64,000 nucleotides of DNA from Candidatus Poribacteria bacterium (GTDB taxonomy: Bacteria > Poribacteria > WGA-4E > PCPOR2b), in the NCBI GenBank assembly GCA_965208325.1, contig OZ242326.1, positions 1,216,001-1,280,000 on the forward strand, in the 5' to 3' direction. The notes under the pieces were generated by a model. It did no database searches. It saw nothing but the letters and a program-made list of their open reading frames with translations, and was not told the DNA's origin. Below, one piece after another: positions 1-10,905 of this stretch; position 1 is the first letter of the stretch, and every line of letters starts with the position of its first letter. The position numbers were made by a program, and so were the translations under genes.

Positions 1-35
1 GTGCGGATACGTGATGACTTTAGGAGTAGACTGTC

Positions 36-1655
36 GTGACTAAACTGCACATTCGACCGATGGTCATCATTATTCGCGACGGCTGGGGATGCAATCCCTA
101 TCCGGAATGGAACAAAGCCAACGCCGTTTATCTCGCCAAAACACCGGTCGAGAATCGGCTAATGAGTGAATATCCGAACACATTAATACACACGTCAGGC
201 GAACATGTCGGTGTGCCGCCCGGGGTAATCGGAAATAGCGAGGTGGGTCACCTGAACATCTCCGCCGGGCGGGTTGTTAGTCAGGAAATTTTGCGAATCA
301 GCGAGATGGTCCGTTCCGGCGAGTTTTCAAAAAACAAAACCTTAATCGCCTCAATGAACCGCGTCAAAAAACACGGCAGTTGTCTGCACCTCATAGGGCT
401 GGCGAGCAACGCTAGTGTGCATAGCACAATCGAGCACCTCTTCGGTCTACTCGCGTTAGCAAAAGAAACGGGCATTTCTGCTGATCGCGTGCTTGTTCAC
501 AACTTTGCCGATGGGCGAGATAGCCCCCCGACTAGCGGCATTGACTTTTGCAGACAGATTGAGGCAAAACTGAAGGAAATTGGCGTTGGACGCATTGCTT
601 CGGTTGTCGGCAGATACTACGCCATGGACCGCGACGACCGCTGGGAACGTGTGGAACAAGCTTACCGCCTTCTAACTGAGAGCCGTGGGCGCCGAGTCAG
701 TAGCGCGATCGAAGCCTATAAACACTACTACGCCCATCCAACTGAAACAAATCTAACTGGGGATGAATTCATTGAGCCGACAGTGGTTACAGACAGTCAC
801 GGTCAGCCGCTGCCTAGTGTCTGTGATGGAGATGCGGTAATTTTTTACAACTTCCGCGGAGACAGGCCGCGTGAGATTTGTAAAGCGTTCTGCCTCTCAG
901 AGTTCCCGTTTGAAGGTGTTGGAAAAGATGGCGTGGTGCGGACAATGGGTTTTGAACGTAAGAAGAAACCGGAAATCGAGTTCGTTACAATGACCCAATA
1001 TGAAGAAGGACTCCCGGTTTCGGTAGCGCTGCCAAAACCGCCCAAGATGAAAAACATTCTGGGTGCCTACACAAGTAAACTTGGATTGGCGCAGTTTCGC
1101 TGCGCCGAAACAGAGAAATTCCCTCACGTCACATTGATGTTTAACGACTACCGTGACGAGCCATTCGATCGGGAAGATCGGAAACTCATTCCATCGCCGC
1201 GGAATGTCTCCACCTACGATCAAAAACCCGAAATGTCCGCGCCTGAAGTTACTAAAGAGGTGCTTCGCCGCATTGCGTCGGATAAATACGACTTAATCAT
1301 CCTCAACTACGCAAACGGCGATATGGTCGGTCATACGGGATCGCTGCCTGCCGCAATAAAAGCGGTGGAAACAGTAGACGCATGCGTCGGCGAGGTGATT
1401 CGTGCGGTAATGGCCAAGGGTGGTGCATTAATCGTGACTGCCGATCACGGCAATTGCGAACAGATGGTCGATCCCGACACCGGCGCACCCCATACCGCAC
1501 ACACAATGTACGATGTCGCCCTCAGCGTTGTCGATAATCGCTTCAAGGGATGCCGCTTAAGGACTGGCGGCCGGCTTGCGGACATTGCGCCCACCGCTTT
1601 AAGATTGCTCGGTTTGGAGCAACCTGCCGAGATGACCGGGCAATCCCTAATCTAA
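36..1655 (+). CDS. gpmI: 2,3-bisphosphoglycerate-independent phosphoglycerate mutase
   Basis: Motifs RDGWG, GNSEVGH, DGRD, GRYYAMDRD, FYNFRGDR, AETEK, NGDMVGHTG, TADHGN. GTG start with AGGAG upstream. Confidence 0.97.
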   Translation: MTKLHIRPMVIIIRDGWGCNPYPEWNKANAVYLAKTPVENRLMSEYPNTLIHTSGEHVGVPPGVIGNSEVGHLNISAGRVVSQEILRISEMVRSGEFSKNKTLIASMNRVKKHGSCLHLIGLASNASVHSTIEHLFGLLALAKETGISADRVLVHNFADGRDSPPTSGIDFCRQIEAKLKEIGVGRIASVVGRYYAMDRDDRWERVEQAYRLLTESRGRRVSSAIEAYKHYYAHPTETNLTGDEFIEPTVVTDSHGQPLPSVCDGDAVIFYNFRGDRPREICKAFCLSEFPFEGVGKDGVVRTMGFERKKKPEIEFVTMTQYEEGLPVSVALPKPPKMKNILGAYTSKLGLAQFRCAETEKFPHVTLMFNDYRDEPFDREDRKLIPSPRNVSTYDQKPEMSAPEVTKEVLRRIASDKYDLIILNYANGDMVGHTGSLPAAIKAVETVDACVGEVIRAVMAKGGALIVTADHGNCEQMVDPDTGAPHTAHTMYDVALSVVDNRFKGCRLRTGGRLADIAPTALRLLGLEQPAEMTGQSLI

Positions 1656-1725
1656 TGTTTCGCGCCGCCGAATATCGTCTACGATTAATCCACACGCCAT
1701 TCCGTTCGCAAAGTGTGCAAAAAAC

Positions 1726-2793
1726 ATGATGCACATCCCGCTTATTACAACGACCGGACGCACGCATTCAAACCCGGGAGACACCTTCATCGGCGTAGGG
1801 CTCCAATATCTCTTCGAAAGAGTACTGGGGCCCCAAGTTTGGGTGCTCATTGACCGTTTTAACCCAAACGGCTTCCGGAAACACGAAGAATTAGTCCGCA
1901 ATGCACCGTTTCTCGTCTATGGCGGGATGCCGCAATATAATAATTACGACGACTGGAAACACTGGTACGATGATGCCATGTGGCGCGATTTTATCGTTCG
2001 CTGGAGGCGGAAAATCTTTACTATGGCAGGCGGCGCCGGTTTTTCGCACCCAAACATAAACATCAACGAATATGTCGCACATTGTATTCGCAGCAAAAAA
2101 ACACAGCGAATCATTCGGCAGCGGGTCGGCCCAAGTCTCTGCTTCACCGTGCGAGATGCGTATGCCCACGCCTTGCTAAACGCCCTTAACATTCCAAATA
2201 CCTACCTGCCGTGCCCGTCGATTTGGGCAGCCAAGATGTGGCAGATTGAACCCATGAATGTCCGGCCGTATCTGCTGTTGGTACCGCCAGCGCTACGCCA
2301 CGCCGCAAAGCGGGCTGATGGAAAACGCGTACCTCGCCGTAGAAGGCGGGAACTGTTCGCGTCCCAGTGGCGCAGCTTTTATATAGCGCTCAAAGAGAAC
2401 GGTCACAACGTAAAGGCAAACTGTCACGGCTATAGCGAATATACCGCCCTCCGCGATGCCATTCCCCAAGAAGATCTCTGGTATCACGGTGATTCCTACA
2501 CGCTGTTGCGGCAATATTCCCTCGCGCATACCGTTGTCTCAGCTCGGCTTCACGGCAGTCTCCCCGCCTATGGACTTGTTGGAACACGGGTATTGAATTT
2601 ATCCGTTGATGTTCGTGGTACAGCTGTTGAGGTGCTTCCCAAAATTCAAAACCTCCAGGTTGGCAATGCCAACGCCGATGTCCTTCTAACCGAAATCGCC
2701 AAACTTGAACCCTCAGATCCGGCGGATCTCCACTCTTGGGAAAAGAAGTACCAGGATGTTATTCGTTCCGCACTTCCGAACACATTCGAGTAG
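1726..2793 (+). CDS. Polysaccharide pyruvyl transferase family protein
   Basis: N-terminal NPGD, central TVRD, PCPS and late SARLHG motifs typical of PS_pyruv_trans. Confidence 0.75.
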   Translation: MMHIPLITTTGRTHSNPGDTFIGVGLQYLFERVLGPQVWVLIDRFNPNGFRKHEELVRNAPFLVYGGMPQYNNYDDWKHWYDDAMWRDFIVRWRRKIFTMAGGAGFSHPNININEYVAHCIRSKKTQRIIRQRVGPSLCFTVRDAYAHALLNALNIPNTYLPCPSIWAAKMWQIEPMNVRPYLLLVPPALRHAAKRADGKRVPRRRRRELFASQWRSFYIALKENGHNVKANCHGYSEYTALRDAIPQEDLWYHGDSYTLLRQYSLAHTVVSARLHGSLPAYGLVGTRVLNLSVDVRGTAVEVLPKIQNLQVGNANADVLLTEIAKLEPSDPADLHSWEKKYQDVIRSALPNTFE

Positions 2794-2871
2794 CTAACAT
2801 GTTCCACCCGCCTCCCATTTATCCACGTTCCCTTGTTTGCTCTTTTTTTTATTACTTGACCAAACACCGAC

Positions 2872-2901
2872 TTGATAACATGTGTATACTTATGATATAA
2901 T
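2872..2901 (+). promoter_or_regulatory. Putative sigma70 promoter for the methyltransferase
   Basis: TTGATA-N18-TATAAT with extended -10 (TGnTATAAT) in an AT-rich intergenic region. Confidence 0.55.
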
Positions 2902-3021
2902 TCCCAATTATACTGGTATTATGCGAAGACAAATAGGATTTTTCTAGAACACTTGCGCTAATTTGGTCAATTTCGAAAACTGATAACGACGGTAATACCC
3001 ACTCCGTAAAGGAAAGATTAT

Positions 3022-3759
3022 ATGCTAAAAGACGCCCAAGATGCCTATGGGCACCTGATTTTGGATTATTATAACGGTCAGGAAATTGTCGAAATTGTGG
3101 AGCGGGATGACGGCTTCATCGGTACAAGCCGGTTGGGCCCGTTGACCTACCTCGCTGAATTTGATGACTGGGCGGAACATGAACACGTCGCAATGGACCA
3201 TGTCACGGGACGCGTTTTGGATATCGGCTGCGGCGCGGGGCGGCACGCTATCTATCTTCAGGAGCGTGGGTTTGATGTATTAGGCGTTGACAATTCACCT
3301 TTAGCCATTCAAGTTTGCCGGCAACGCGGGCTAAAAAACGCTGTTGTGGCGCCAGTTACCCGACTAAATTCCAAAATCGGCACCTTCGACACGCTGCTCA
3401 TGATGGGACACAATTTCGGCTTGGTCGGAAGTATTACACGGGCAAGATGGTTGTTGAAAAGGTTTCATAAAATGACAAGTTCAGCAGCAAAGATTATTGC
3501 TGAGACACAGAATGCATATCAAACAACAGTACCTTGCCATTTAGCCTACCACCAATTCAACCGGGACAGGGGGCGGATGGGAGGTCAACTCAGAATACGC
3601 GTAAGATACAGGCAATACGCTACGCCGTGGTTCGATATCCTCTACGTTTCAAAACCAGAAATGGAACAAATCATTCACGGAACCGGATGGACGGTTGAAT
3701 GCTACATTGACGCAACGGACTCAACCCCAACCTACATCGCTATCTTGGTAAAGACCTAA
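3022..3759 (+). CDS. Class I SAM-dependent methyltransferase
   Basis: VLDIGCGAG motif I followed by GVDNS. Confidence 0.9.
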   Translation: MLKDAQDAYGHLILDYYNGQEIVEIVERDDGFIGTSRLGPLTYLAEFDDWAEHEHVAMDHVTGRVLDIGCGAGRHAIYLQERGFDVLGVDNSPLAIQVCRQRGLKNAVVAPVTRLNSKIGTFDTLLMMGHNFGLVGSITRARWLLKRFHKMTSSAAKIIAETQNAYQTTVPCHLAYHQFNRDRGRMGGQLRIRVRYRQYATPWFDILYVSKPEMEQIIHGTGWTVECYIDATDSTPTYIAILVKT

Positions 3760-3858
3760 ATGCGAGGACTGTCTAATCAACTACGAAATCCCAAAATCTA
3801 TAAACAACTTGTAGCAAAGATCTTAAATCATTTTCACATCTTATTTAAGGAGAAATAA

Positions 3859-4524
3859 ATGAAATGTCGTGTGGTTGTAGCCGTTGTATTTTTCTTGATT
3901 ATTTCCGATGCAAAAACTATTGAGCGAATACCTTTAAAACATGTTGATTCAGATGCTTTATTAGCCGATGCCAGTTTTGACCCGCTAGTAAATGTTGGCG
4001 ATAGTGGATTCGTTGAAATTGGATGGTTCCCGAAAGAATATTGGGCTACTATAGACATCCCCAATACTCCTAATGTGTCAATTATGGTTATTGTTCAAGC
4101 GGATATTACACTCTTTGGTTCATTTGAATTTTATTCGAGAGATGAAGTTTTACGTGGTATGACTGTTACTTATACCCGGGGCTCGGATCGTTTGATATTA
4201 AAACCATTACAAACGGCCAAGGGCACCCATTATGACATATTCCTGACGTTTATAGAAAATATGATGGCGCAAGCAATGGGTGAAGCGGGAAAACACATGT
4301 ATTTCTTTGTATTCAACAACCTCGAAAATGGTAAAAGGATACTCGATCCTTACGAAGAAGGCCGACTAAGAATCCAACTAACTGCACGAGATGGCACCAT
4401 AATGTACGGCGAGGTTGAAACTCCTTTAAATGCGCTCTTTGTCCCTCGCAAGTGCCCAAACGGGAAAGTGGCTCATGTATCGTGGAATTACTGTCCGTGG
4501 ACAGGTGTAAGACTGCCAGATTAG
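3859..4524 (+). CDS. Hypothetical exported protein with C-terminal zinc-ribbon-like tail
   Basis: AAGGAG RBS, signal-peptide-like N-terminus, C-terminal CPNG...WNYCPWTG. Confidence 0.6.
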   Translation: MKCRVVVAVVFFLIISDAKTIERIPLKHVDSDALLADASFDPLVNVGDSGFVEIGWFPKEYWATIDIPNTPNVSIMVIVQADITLFGSFEFYSRDEVLRGMTVTYTRGSDRLILKPLQTAKGTHYDIFLTFIENMMAQAMGEAGKHMYFFVFNNLENGKRILDPYEEGRLRIQLTARDGTIMYGEVETPLNALFVPRKCPNGKVAHVSWNYCPWTGVRLPD

Positions 4525-4533
4525 GAGATTTAG

Positions 4534-5040
4534 ATGTTTGATACCATTTTTAACATTGCTTTTTATATTGCCCTAATCGCTCTTATTAGTTACGCGGCAA
4601 TGAAAAAGACTGTGTCTAAGCGATTTTATCTATCAACAATAGTAATCGTGCTTGGAGTTCTGATGTTTTTAACTGATTTGGTGAAACCAATTACGAATCC
4701 GGTGGCGTTTGAACCGAATCCCTTTTTGGGGATTCAGATTATTATGGGGACGTTAGTTTATCGCTCAATCAAGCGAAGCAAATTAGGGCGCAATGTTCGT
4801 ACGACACGGCGCATGGTTGCAGAATGTGTTTTCTTGGTACTTGCTACATTGCCAACAATTTGGACAACGTTTGTAGTGCATCCCTATCACCCATCGTGGA
4901 AATATATTGTAGCATATGAGCCTGCACGATTTACTATGCCGATTTGGTTTTATGTCGCTTATTTCATAATGTGGAGAAAGAAACCAATGTCAGACGAAAC
5001 CGAACACATCTTAAGCGAAAAAAAACTAGAGGAGATATGA
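4534..5040 (+). CDS. Hypothetical membrane protein
   Basis: AGGAG RBS directly after the previous stop; about 5 hydrophobic segments. Confidence 0.6.
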   Translation: MFDTIFNIAFYIALIALISYAAMKKTVSKRFYLSTIVIVLGVLMFLTDLVKPITNPVAFEPNPFLGIQIIMGTLVYRSIKRSKLGRNVRTTRRMVAECVFLVLATLPTIWTTFVVHPYHPSWKYIVAYEPARFTMPIWFYVAYFIMWRKKPMSDETEHILSEKKLEEI

Positions 5041-5334
5041 TGATCATAAATTGGAGACGAAAATCGGTAAAACTAGCTGAACGTGGAACGCAGAACAGTG
5101 AAAAAGTGTGCCGAGGAAACACCATTTTCCATATTTGTATCGTATAAAGTAATTGGAATCCGGTAGTGACCCATTTCACAAATTTTCCCGACCAGAATAA
5201 AACCGACGACCTGGCACACTGCAAGTGTTTATGCCGTAATTAGGACGAATAGATAAACAACGCATGACACGGCTAAATGTACTGGCAAGACTTCTGCCTG
5301 ACATTTTCCTTTTGGGGTAACGCGACCCGAGGAA

Positions 5335-6576
5335 TCAAGCCCCGACCCATCGCTCCCGCAATACTGCAATACGTTGGAGCACCGGTGGGTGGCCGTAATT
5401 CAGGAACACAGTAAAGGCGTGGGGCGTGAGGTTTCCTAGGTTGGCGACCGATAAATGTTTAAGTGCTAAAATCAAGGGTTCAGCCGAACCGGTCGTCTCG
5501 GCTGCAAACGCATCGGCTTCATACTCGTGCTTGCGAGATATGGCGTTCATGACGATAGAAAGCACCAACTCAATCGGTGAATATAGGATAGAAAAAAACA
5601 CGAGTCCCGCATACACCGAAACCGATTCCATGCGAAACGCATCAAACAGCCCGCGGTTTTCTACAAACAGAGACAGAAGAAATAGCAAGATTCCCGTATG
5701 AATAATGGACAATATCATGCCCTTCAGGACATGCCTTCTCTTGTAATGGCCGACCTCATGGGCAATGATGGCGACCATCTCCTCAACAGAATGCTTGTCC
5801 ATCAGCGTGTCAAATAGTGCAATCCGCTTCTTGAGAAAGCCGCTAAAATAGGCGTTCGAGTGCGTTGAACGCTTGGACCCATCCATAACACAAATCTCTT
5901 TGAGTGTAAATCCCACCTTATCGGCGTAACGCTGAATACCGCTTTTCAAATCACCTTCATCCAAGGGAGTAAAATTGTTGAACAGCGGCGCAATGACTGC
6001 TGTGAACAGCGGTTGAGCGGCAATGATGAAAAACGATACAAATGCCCAGGCATACAGCCACGCATAAGCGCCCGCAATTTCAAAGAAGAACAAAATCCCT
6101 CCCAGTAAAATCGAACCCAAAATGATAACCAAACCGTAGCTCTTCACTTTATCCAGCACAAATGTCTTTGCGGTCATCTTATTGAACCCAAATCGCTCTT
6201 CTATGACAAAATTGTGATAGAGAACGAACGGAATTGAGATGATGTCTTGGGCAAAATACAGTAAACCAAAGAATGCAAGACCGGTGAAAATTGGGTTAAG
6301 TTCCAGTCCCCGCACAAATTGGTCCACCAGATTGAATCCACCCAGCACAATAAAGGCGGCAATCAACACCACATCGAAGCTGGAAGAAAAATACGCAAAT
6401 TTCGCCTTCGCCTTTGTGTACTCCTGCGACTGGCTGTATTTTTCCTCGTCATAAAATCCGCTAAATTCACTTGGCAACATCTTATCCAGCGAATTTAGGT
6501 TTAGGTAACGCGCTGCGCTGCGGAGCACAAATTCCCCAAATAGTGCGGTGAGAATAATTGCTAGGTATAGATTCAT
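5335..6576 (-). CDS. M48 family (Ste24-like) zinc metallopeptidase
   Basis: Multiple TM helices, DGSKRSTHSNAYF, AHEVGH, EYEADAFA, HPP...RI. Confidence 0.93.
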   Translation of the reverse strand: MNLYLAIILTALFGEFVLRSAARYLNLNSLDKMLPSEFSGFYDEEKYSQSQEYTKAKAKFAYFSSSFDVVLIAAFIVLGGFNLVDQFVRGLELNPIFTGLAFFGLLYFAQDIISIPFVLYHNFVIEERFGFNKMTAKTFVLDKVKSYGLVIILGSILLGGILFFFEIAGAYAWLYAWAFVSFFIIAAQPLFTAVIAPLFNNFTPLDEGDLKSGIQRYADKVGFTLKEICVMDGSKRSTHSNAYFSGFLKKRIALFDTLMDKHSVEEMVAIIAHEVGHYKRRHVLKGMILSIIHTGILLFLLSLFVENRGLFDAFRMESVSVYAGLVFFSILYSPIELVLSIVMNAISRKHEYEADAFAAETTGSAEPLILALKHLSVANLGNLTPHAFTVFLNYGHPPVLQRIAVLRERWVGA

Positions 6577-6770
6577 AAAACCGGCCCGTTTCTACCCATT
6601 TCGTCCAATAAAGGTCGTCCATTTACCACAATTCAATGCCATCAGTTTAGCGGATTGGCAGCGCGGGAGTCAACATCCTTTTGCAATTGTCTTTTAACGC
6701 TTGCCGTGATATACTTCCTTTGAAAGTAGAACATTTGGACAATGCAAAACTAATCAAATGAGAACCTCAT

Positions 6771-8849
6771 ATGGCACGGGAATACGCGATCGAACGCGTG
6801 CGTAATATCGGTATCATGGCGCACATTGACGCCGGCAAAACCACCACCACAGAACGAATTTTATTCTACACGGGCAAGAAACACAAGATTGGCAAAGTAG
6901 ATGACGGCACGGCTGAGATGGATTGGATGGTGCAGGAACGCGAACACGGCATTACCATCACGGCCGCAGCCACAACCTGTTTGTGGCAAAATCACGCCAT
7001 TCATCTGATTGACACCCCAGGCCATGTTGATTTCACTGTCGAAGTCGAGCGCTCTCTCCGTGTGCTCGATGGCGCCATCGCACTTTTCTGTGCCGTTGGC
7101 GGTGTTGAACCTCAATCCGAAACTGTTTGGCATCAGGCAGATCGGTACCGCATTCCTCGCGTCGCATTTGTAAACAAGATGGATCGGGTCGGCGCAAATT
7201 TCCGCCGTGTCATAAAGATGATGGAAGAGGTGCTAAACGCTAACCCCTTGTTGATACAATTGCCAATCGGATCTGAAAGCCAGTTTTCCGGCGTTATCGA
7301 TCTAATCCACATGAAAGCTATGCACTGGAACGTTGACGATCAAGGGTGGACGTTCGATTCACAGGAGATTCCTTCGGAACTCCAATCAGAAGCGCGTGAG
7401 GCGCGTGAGGCCATGATTGAAATTATCGCCGGAGAGGATGATTTCCTGCTTGAGAAATACGTCGAAGGTGCTGAAATTACTGAAGCCGAGTTGCTAAACG
7501 GGATTCGCACCGGTACGCTAAAAAATGCATTCTGTCCTGTTTTATGCGGTACCGCCCTAAAAAACCAAGGCGTGCAACCCTTGCTTGATGCCGTCATCCA
7601 ATTTTTACCTTCGCCGCTTGATGTGCCTCCGATTGAGGGAACACACCCGAAAACAGAAAAATCGGATACCCGCGAAGCAAAAGATAACGCCCCGTTCTCG
7701 GCTTTGGCGTTCAAAATCGCCAGCGATCCGAATGTGGATAAGATCATTTACTGCCGTATCTACTCTGGCACGCTCAAGCGCGGTGATGTGCTCTACAACG
7801 TGGCAAAGAATTCAAGAGAGCGTGTGACCCGAATTTTGGAAATGCACGCCAACAAGCAATTGGTCTGCGATGAAATGCATGCAGGAGACATCGTCGCCCT
7901 TGTAGGCTTGAAAAAAACCACTACCGGTGACACGCTGACTCATGCTAGGCATCCGATTTTGTTGGAATCGATAAATTTCCCGGATCCCGTTATCTCCGTC
8001 GCAATCGAACCCACATCCCAAAGCGACAAGGACAAACTTGAAGAGACGCTTCAAGTCTTAATGGAAGAAGATCCGACGTTCTCGGTCGCGATCGACAAAG
8101 AAACAGGGCAGAGAGTAATCTCCGGCATGGGCGAACTTCATCTGGAAATCTTGGCAGATCGGATGATTCGAGAGTTTGGCGTAAACGCCCGCGTCAGTCA
8201 GTTACAGGTTGCCTATCGGGAGACCATCGGTGCGGTTGCTGAAGCACAGGGAAAGTTCATCCACAAAACGGAGGAGGAAGGCATTTACGGGGATGTTGCG
8301 CTGCGCGTAGAGCCGTTACCCAGAAAACAGGGATTTCAGTTCGTCAATGAAAGTAGCGACCTGCAAATCCCGAGGCAATTCATCACCGCGATTGAAGGCG
8401 CGCTCAAAGGCGCAATGAACAACGGCGTTTTAGCCGGCGTCCCAATGCAAGACATCAAAGTCGCGCTCACCGGCGGTTCATACCATGAAACCGATTCATC
8501 GGAAATCGGGTTTGAAGCCGCTGCTGTCGTCGCATTCGAGAATGCGCTCAAGAAAGCACAACCGCTTTTGCTAGAGCCCATCATGAGAATGCAAGTCATT
8601 GTGTCCAGTGAGTTCATCGGAAAAGTAATTGGCGATCTCAGCGCACGGCGCGCGCAAATAAACGAAACCGAGAGCCGCGGATTGTCAGAAGTTCTCAATG
8701 CGTACGTTCCACTAGCGGAGACATTCAAATATACAACCGATTTGCGTTCGATGACGCAAGGACGCGGAACGTTCACAATGGAGCTGGCACACTATGACGT
8801 TGTACCCGTCAATCTCCGCGACAAAATATTAAATCGAAACTGGTTTTGA
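6771..8849 (+). CDS. fusA: Elongation factor G paralogue (stand-alone)
   Basis: [45 protein letters not shown]. Not flanked by rpsL/rpsG/tuf. Confidence 0.93.
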   Translation: MAREYAIERVRNIGIMAHIDAGKTTTTERILFYTGKKHKIGKVDDGTAEMDWMVQEREHGITITAAATTCLWQNHAIHLIDTPGHVDFTVEVERSLRVLDGAIALFCAVGGVEPQSETVWHQADRYRIPRVAFVNKMDRVGANFRRVIKMMEEVLNANPLLIQLPIGSESQFSGVIDLIHMKAMHWNVDDQGWTFDSQEIPSELQSEAREAREAMIEIIAGEDDFLLEKYVEGAEITEAELLNGIRTGTLKNAFCPVLCGTALKNQGVQPLLDAVIQFLPSPLDVPPIEGTHPKTEKSDTREAKDNAPFSALAFKIASDPNVDKIIYCRIYSGTLKRGDVLYNVAKNSRERVTRILEMHANKQLVCDEMHAGDIVALVGLKKTTTGDTLTHARHPILLESINFPDPVISVAIEPTSQSDKDKLEETLQVLMEEDPTFSVAIDKETGQRVISGMGELHLEILADRMIREFGVNARVSQLQVAYRETIGAVAEAQGKFIHKTEEEGIYGDVALRVEPLPRKQGFQFVNESSDLQIPRQFITAIEGALKGAMNNGVLAGVPMQDIKVALTGGSYHETDSSEIGFEAAAVVAFENALKKAQPLLLEPIMRMQVIVSSEFIGKVIGDLSARRAQINETESRGLSEVLNAYVPLAETFKYTTDLRSMTQGRGTFTMELAHYDVVPVNLRDKILNRNWF

Positions 8850-8873
8850 GGCCGCAAATACGGTTGAATTCAC

Positions 8874-10010
8874 ATGTTCCAAAGGGCAATTGAATTCGCA
8901 ACGATTGTGAGTTCCTTTATTATTCAACATATTCTCTACCGAAATGTATTGCCTGCTGACTTCAAACCCCGCCGAATCCTTGTCGTAAAGTTAGATCACC
9001 TAGGCGATATGCTGCTCGCCACGCCTGTATTCTCAAACCTGCGCAGCGCCTATCCGCATGCGCAAATCCATGCGCTCGTCGGCAGACCAGGCGTTCTAGT
9101 CTTGCAAAACCATCCCGATGTGAACAAAACCATTCGGTACGATGCCCGATTTTTCTCTCGATCGAATCAACCGGTGCTAATGAGGTATGCATTTCAACTA
9201 TTCCGTAACCTCCGCCGCAAAAAATACGATTTGCTAATTGACCTGCGAGGCGACTGGCTGACAGTCCTTTTCGCACTGTTAAAAGGGACGTTTTATCGCC
9301 TCGATCTCGCATCGCTGCAAACTGAAAATAAACTCGGGATTTTTGCGTTCACCGGTTCGCACCAATTGGACCGTAACCTTGACATCCTTCGTACCGCGCG
9401 CATTCCAACGCCGCACAGGGCGCCGATATTTCGACTGTCGCTGGCTGATAGGCAGTGGACCGATGAGTTTCTTAACAGCGCGAATATCGTCAACGATCTC
9501 CCCTTGGTTGCCATCCATCCCGGTTCCCCAATCAAACTCAAGCGCTGGCGCCCTGAACGATATGCGGCGGTTGCAGATTGGCTTGTTGCGCGCAAGAACG
9601 CCCAAATACTTTTTGTCGGAGTGAAGTCTGAGGTTTCCGCAATTGCAGGTGTTCAAAAACACATGGATGGGGAATCTACCAGCGTCGCCGGATCAACAAA
9701 CCTATCTCAACTCGCAGGCATTCTGGAGCGATGCAATCTGTTTATTGGGAACGACAGCGGTCCCATGCACCTCGCCGCCGCAGTAGGAACTCAGACGATT
9801 GGCTTATACGGACCCGGCAATCCAGAGCGTTTCGGGCCGGTGGGTTCCCACTGCTGCACAATTCGGCGGATGCCAGATTGTCCGCCGTGTATGGGAACCT
9901 CCTGTAAATTTGGCGGGGACGGGTGTATGAAGGAGATTGAGGTAGGAGAGGTAATTCGCATGGCCGAACAACGCTTGATACCGCACACAGACTGCAACGA
10001 TAGAACATAG
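8874..10010 (+). CDS. Glycosyltransferase family 9 (LPS heptosyltransferase-like)
   Basis: RILVVKLDHLGD, IHPGS...KRW, GNDSGPMHLAAA. Confidence 0.92.
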   Translation: MFQRAIEFATIVSSFIIQHILYRNVLPADFKPRRILVVKLDHLGDMLLATPVFSNLRSAYPHAQIHALVGRPGVLVLQNHPDVNKTIRYDARFFSRSNQPVLMRYAFQLFRNLRRKKYDLLIDLRGDWLTVLFALLKGTFYRLDLASLQTENKLGIFAFTGSHQLDRNLDILRTARIPTPHRAPIFRLSLADRQWTDEFLNSANIVNDLPLVAIHPGSPIKLKRWRPERYAAVADWLVARKNAQILFVGVKSEVSAIAGVQKHMDGESTSVAGSTNLSQLAGILERCNLFIGNDSGPMHLAAAVGTQTIGLYGPGNPERFGPVGSHCCTIRRMPDCPPCMGTSCKFGGDGCMKEIEVGEVIRMAEQRLIPHTDCNDRT

Positions 10011-10025
10011 CCGCAAAGTAGTCAT

Positions 10026-10757
10026 TTACCCAGAAGCGGCGAGGAATTTTTCAATCTCAGTCTTAAGGTCTTGGTTCACCGCTTCAATGCTGCGAGACGC
10101 GTCAACCACTGTAAAACCAAATTCGTCGGTCATTCTGTCAAATTCTTGAATGATTCGAGTTTGATACCGCACAAAGCTCTCATACACATCCCCTGAGAGT
10201 CCAATATCCATGCCCGATTCCCAGTAGCTCATGCTGCGCCCGGATTCAAAAGTACGCCGAATCAAATCCTCGACGCCAATCCTCAAGTAGATTACCAGAT
10301 CCGGTATTAGCGCAAAGCCATAAACTTCGCGAAGCCAGTTTGGATTGATGCCGCGTACGATATGCCGTGCAAAGGCAGTGTACATATAACGGTCCGCAAG
10401 AACGATAAATCCGCCTTTGAGCGCCGGAATTATCACATTTTCCAGTCGATCGGCAAAATCAGCGGCATACAAGACACTGAAAGTAATCTGGTTTAAGGTA
10501 TTGCCTTTCTTCACTGAGTCAATTGCTGGGCCCAATAACGGCGAGCGCGTCCATCCGGTATTCACCACGCCATAACCTTTCACCTCAAGCCATTTCGTCA
10601 AATTGTCGCTCAACGTCGGCTTGCCTAGGCTATCGACGCCCTCAATATGTGTCGATCTGCCAACCGCGTCAGTACCTTCAATTACAATTAATCTGCCGGA
10701 CAAATCGCTCACATCAAGGTACGGCATACCATTACCGTAGAACATCCGATCTTTCAT
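10026..10757 (-). CDS. Thymidylate-kinase-like protein, second of a tandem pair (atypical P-loop)
   Basis: LIVIEGTDAVGRST, ADFADRLE, LADRY, PDLVIYL. Start taken at MKDRMFYG (AAGGA upstream) rather than 10799. Confidence 0.8.
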   Translation of the reverse strand: MKDRMFYGNGMPYLDVSDLSGRLIVIEGTDAVGRSTHIEGVDSLGKPTLSDNLTKWLEVKGYGVVNTGWTRSPLLGPAIDSVKKGNTLNQITFSVLYAADFADRLENVIIPALKGGFIVLADRYMYTAFARHIVRGINPNWLREVYGFALIPDLVIYLRIGVEDLIRRTFESGRSMSYWESGMDIGLSGDVYESFVRYQTRIIQEFDRMTDEFGFTVVDASRSIEAVNQDLKTEIEKFLAASG

Positions 10758-10905
10758 CTGTTTTTCCTTGCGAAGTTGGGTCCAAGTCGATAGCGCCATC
10801 TACAGCCAAAAAACTTTTTCAACGCCTCTTGGGCGATGGTCTAAACGTACAATTCTCATTAACTTCCCAAACCGATGAGTTCATGAAGAACGGGAGAACC
10901 AGAGG

